Assembly: GCA_048882385.1 (NCBI GenBank)
Contig: JBHLRQ010000034.1
Coordinates: 1-27,409, forward strand
Direction of reading: 5' to 3'
Length of the DNA: 27,409 nucleotides
Origin: Candidatus Thorarchaeota archaeon
GTDB lineage: Archaea > Asgardarchaeota > Thorarchaeia > Thorarchaeales > Thorarchaeaceae
Part shown: positions 25,498 through 27,409 of the stretch, in pieces
How positions within the stretch are numbered: position 1 is the stretch's first letter
How the letters are laid out: every line of letters begins with the position of its first letter
Program-made: the position numbers and the translations under genes
Notes under the pieces: model-generated
The model's database searches: none
Told to the model about the DNA's origin: nothing
Seen by the model: the letters and a program-made list of their open reading frames with translations, nothing else

Positions 25498-25815
25498 ATC
25501 GGAAAAGAAAAGGCAATTGGTGCCCTTATCTTCATCTTCGCACTTTTAGTGCTTCTATACTACACTTGGGTGATAGTAATTCTACAGTGGTTCCCTGACT
25601 TGGGGGCATGGGTTGATGCTAACTTCGGAATATTCGCAGGGCTCTTCAATCCCGATCCTCTGATCCTCGTCTACCTACCAATCTGGTTAGGTGTGGTGTT
25701 GATCATGGTCATAGCAATGTGGATAGGCTGGACTATGCTCACTACTCCGGCTCCAGAGCCACTCGAGGACTTCGACTTTGATGAAGAAGAAGTGGCAGAA
25801 AAGACCGAAGAGTAG
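25498..25815 (+). CDS. DPM2-like 2-TM membrane protein, probably with a non-canonical start
   Basis: Reading frame is open upstream of the track start at 25549: GKEKAIGALIFIFALLVLLYYTWVIV..., similar to the DPM2 pattern DQxxGxxLxxxxxxxFxYYTxWVI; C-terminal WIGWTMLTTPAPEP. Confidence 0.65.
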   Translation: MGKEKAIGALIFIFALLVLLYYTWVIVILQWFPDLGAWVDANFGIFAGLFNPDPLILVYLPIWLGVVLIMVIAMWIGWTMLTTPAPEPLEDFDFDEEEVAEKTEE

Positions 25816-25838
25816 AAACTGCTCAGCCGGATACTAAA

Positions 25839-25858
25839 ATAGGGCCGCAAGGCCCTAT
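25839..25858. terminator. GNRA-tetraloop hairpin between convergent genes
   Basis: ATAGGGCC-gcaa-GGCCCTAT. Confidence 0.7.
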
Positions 25859-25897
25859 CATCTCATTTTGTTATTCACTATAGAAGTTGATAGAAAA

Positions 25898-27259
25898 TCA
25901 TTTAGCTTTCATGACAGCTTCATTGATCATGTCTACTCCAATCTTACAGAGTCTGTCAGCGGTTTCCTGAGTTTTTCCTTCTGCGAAACTTCGATAGAGG
26001 GATTCTGTGCCTGAAGGTCGGATAAGAATCCATCCTTCATCATAGATAATCTTGACTCCATCCATTGTTATTCGATTCAATTTCTCGGTTTGTTTGAGAA
26101 GGTCTTGTAGAATGGCCTTCTTCTTATCGGAGGGTACAGGAACTTTCACTTTCGTACTGAAGTACACGGGCAGTTCATCTACCAACTGAGAGAGAGTCTT
26201 TCCTTCAGTTGCTACAATCTCAACGATTTGAGCAGCAGTCATGGCACCATCTCGAACCGGTTGATGAGGCGGATAGAAAACTCCTCCATTCTCTTCCCCA
26301 CCCAGATCACCATTGATTTCAGCCAGTCTATGGGATACGACAACGCTTCCTACAACTGTCCAGTCTATTTTTGCAGCTGCTTGTACTGCTACATCCTCGA
26401 TGAGTCTTCCACTACTGACAGGAGTGACAAGAACAGATCCAGTTTTCCTAGACAGAATTCGGGATGCTATTAAAGCAAAGGACTGGTCACCCCAAAGCAC
26501 TCTTCCAGTTTCATCAACAAACGTAGCCCTGTCTGCATCTCCATCATGAGCTATACCAATGTCAGCTCCTGCAGCCTTCACCATTCGACCAAGTTCAACT
26601 ATATTCTCAGGCAAGGGTTCAGGATTTCGGCCAGGAAATTTACCATCAAGCTGGGAGTTGAGGGAGATTACTTTGCATCCAAGACCCCTAAGAAGCTGAG
26701 GGGTTACTTGTGCTCCAACACTATTTGCGCAGTCAACAACTACAGTGAGTTTGCTATTCCTGATTGATTCTACATCCAAATGAGATCTGATTCCTGTCAG
26801 ATAATGGTCGAGAGCACTCTCATCCTGATTGAAATGTCCGATACTATTCCAGTCAACCATAAGAGACTCGCCAGTATGATATTTCGTTTCAATATCAGAT
26901 TCAACTTCTGGTGCAACCTCAATGCCATCTGGACCAATTACCTTTATTCCGTTGAACTTGGGAGGGTTATGGGAGGCTGTTACCATGACTCCTGCAACGC
27001 AGTTCAAACGAGGAACCGTGAACTGCAATGTGGGAGTGGGTACAAGCCCTATGTCAGTGACGGAACACCCGGTGGACAAAAGACCCGCAGAAAGGGCGCG
27101 ACTATACATCTCACCGCCCATTCTTGAGTCTCTTGCAATAGCAATAAGACCAGGGCCGAGAACAGAGCCTATCGACTTTCCAAGATTGAGAACCATTTCC
27201 ACGGTGAGATCCTCATTGATTATGCCTCGAATACCGTTTGTTCCAAACATCTTGGTCAA
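25898..27259 (-). CDS. Phosphohexomutase (phosphoglucosamine mutase / PMM-PGM family)
   Basis: FGTNGIRG, TASHNP, DGDADR, GGEENGG, RPSGTE. TTG at 27259 follows a GGAG RBS (ATG 27250 is an alternative). Substrate specificity cannot be resolved. Confidence 0.92.
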   Translation of the reverse strand: MTKMFGTNGIRGIINEDLTVEMVLNLGKSIGSVLGPGLIAIARDSRMGGEMYSRALSAGLLSTGCSVTDIGLVPTPTLQFTVPRLNCVAGVMVTASHNPPKFNGIKVIGPDGIEVAPEVESDIETKYHTGESLMVDWNSIGHFNQDESALDHYLTGIRSHLDVESIRNSKLTVVVDCANSVGAQVTPQLLRGLGCKVISLNSQLDGKFPGRNPEPLPENIVELGRMVKAAGADIGIAHDGDADRATFVDETGRVLWGDQSFALIASRILSRKTGSVLVTPVSSGRLIEDVAVQAAAKIDWTVVGSVVVSHRLAEINGDLGGEENGGVFYPPHQPVRDGAMTAAQIVEIVATEGKTLSQLVDELPVYFSTKVKVPVPSDKKKAILQDLLKQTEKLNRITMDGVKIIYDEGWILIRPSGTESLYRSFAEGKTQETADRLCKIGVDMINEAVMKAK

Positions 27260-27337
27260 GATAGCTCCACTCGGAGTATAGTGCAAATAGGCCATGACTT
27301 AAGAGTTGTTGCGGATGTTTTGACTCAGTGTTTTCAC

Positions 27338-27409
27338 ATGCCTCTCTTCGGACGTTCAAAGGACAAGGAATACGAAGCTGCTGCAAGACTACTTGCCAGT
27401 GGAGATGCA
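27338..27409 (+). CDS. Start of a divergent gene, 3'-truncated by the window
   Basis: ATG-initiated MPLFGRSKDKEYEAAARLLASGDA, open to the window end. Confidence 0.45.
   Translation, partial: MPLFGRSKDKEYEAAARLLASGDA

Overview
Archaeal chromosomal segment, probably Asgard (Thorarchaeota-like). This assignment is an inference from TATA-like promoters, a histone, a longin-like motif, a DPM2-like protein and many TTG/GTG starts. The left part (1-15.1 kb) is mostly housekeeping and regulatory genes: a TspO-like protein with a divergent wHTH regulator, DinB, a surface protein with a membrane-anchored HTH, a Zn-ribbon protein, TIGR04076, a cation/H+ antiporter, nth, flavodoxin, a heterodimeric ABC exporter, an ArsR operon and a short tailed histone. 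The right part holds etfB-etfA (EtfA fused to a ferredoxin), a DPM2-like protein and a phosphohexomutase. Between the convergent histone and etfA genes lies an ~8 kb accessory region of small, mostly membrane-protein genes. The main observation is that this region is cut into 0.7-1.6 kb modules of 1-2 genes by five direct, diverged copies of the etfA 3' end plus terminator. This resembles an integrase-free, integron-like gene-cassette array that uses the tail of a metabolic gene as its attachment site. I recognised no tRNA, rRNA, CRISPR array, transposase or integrase.
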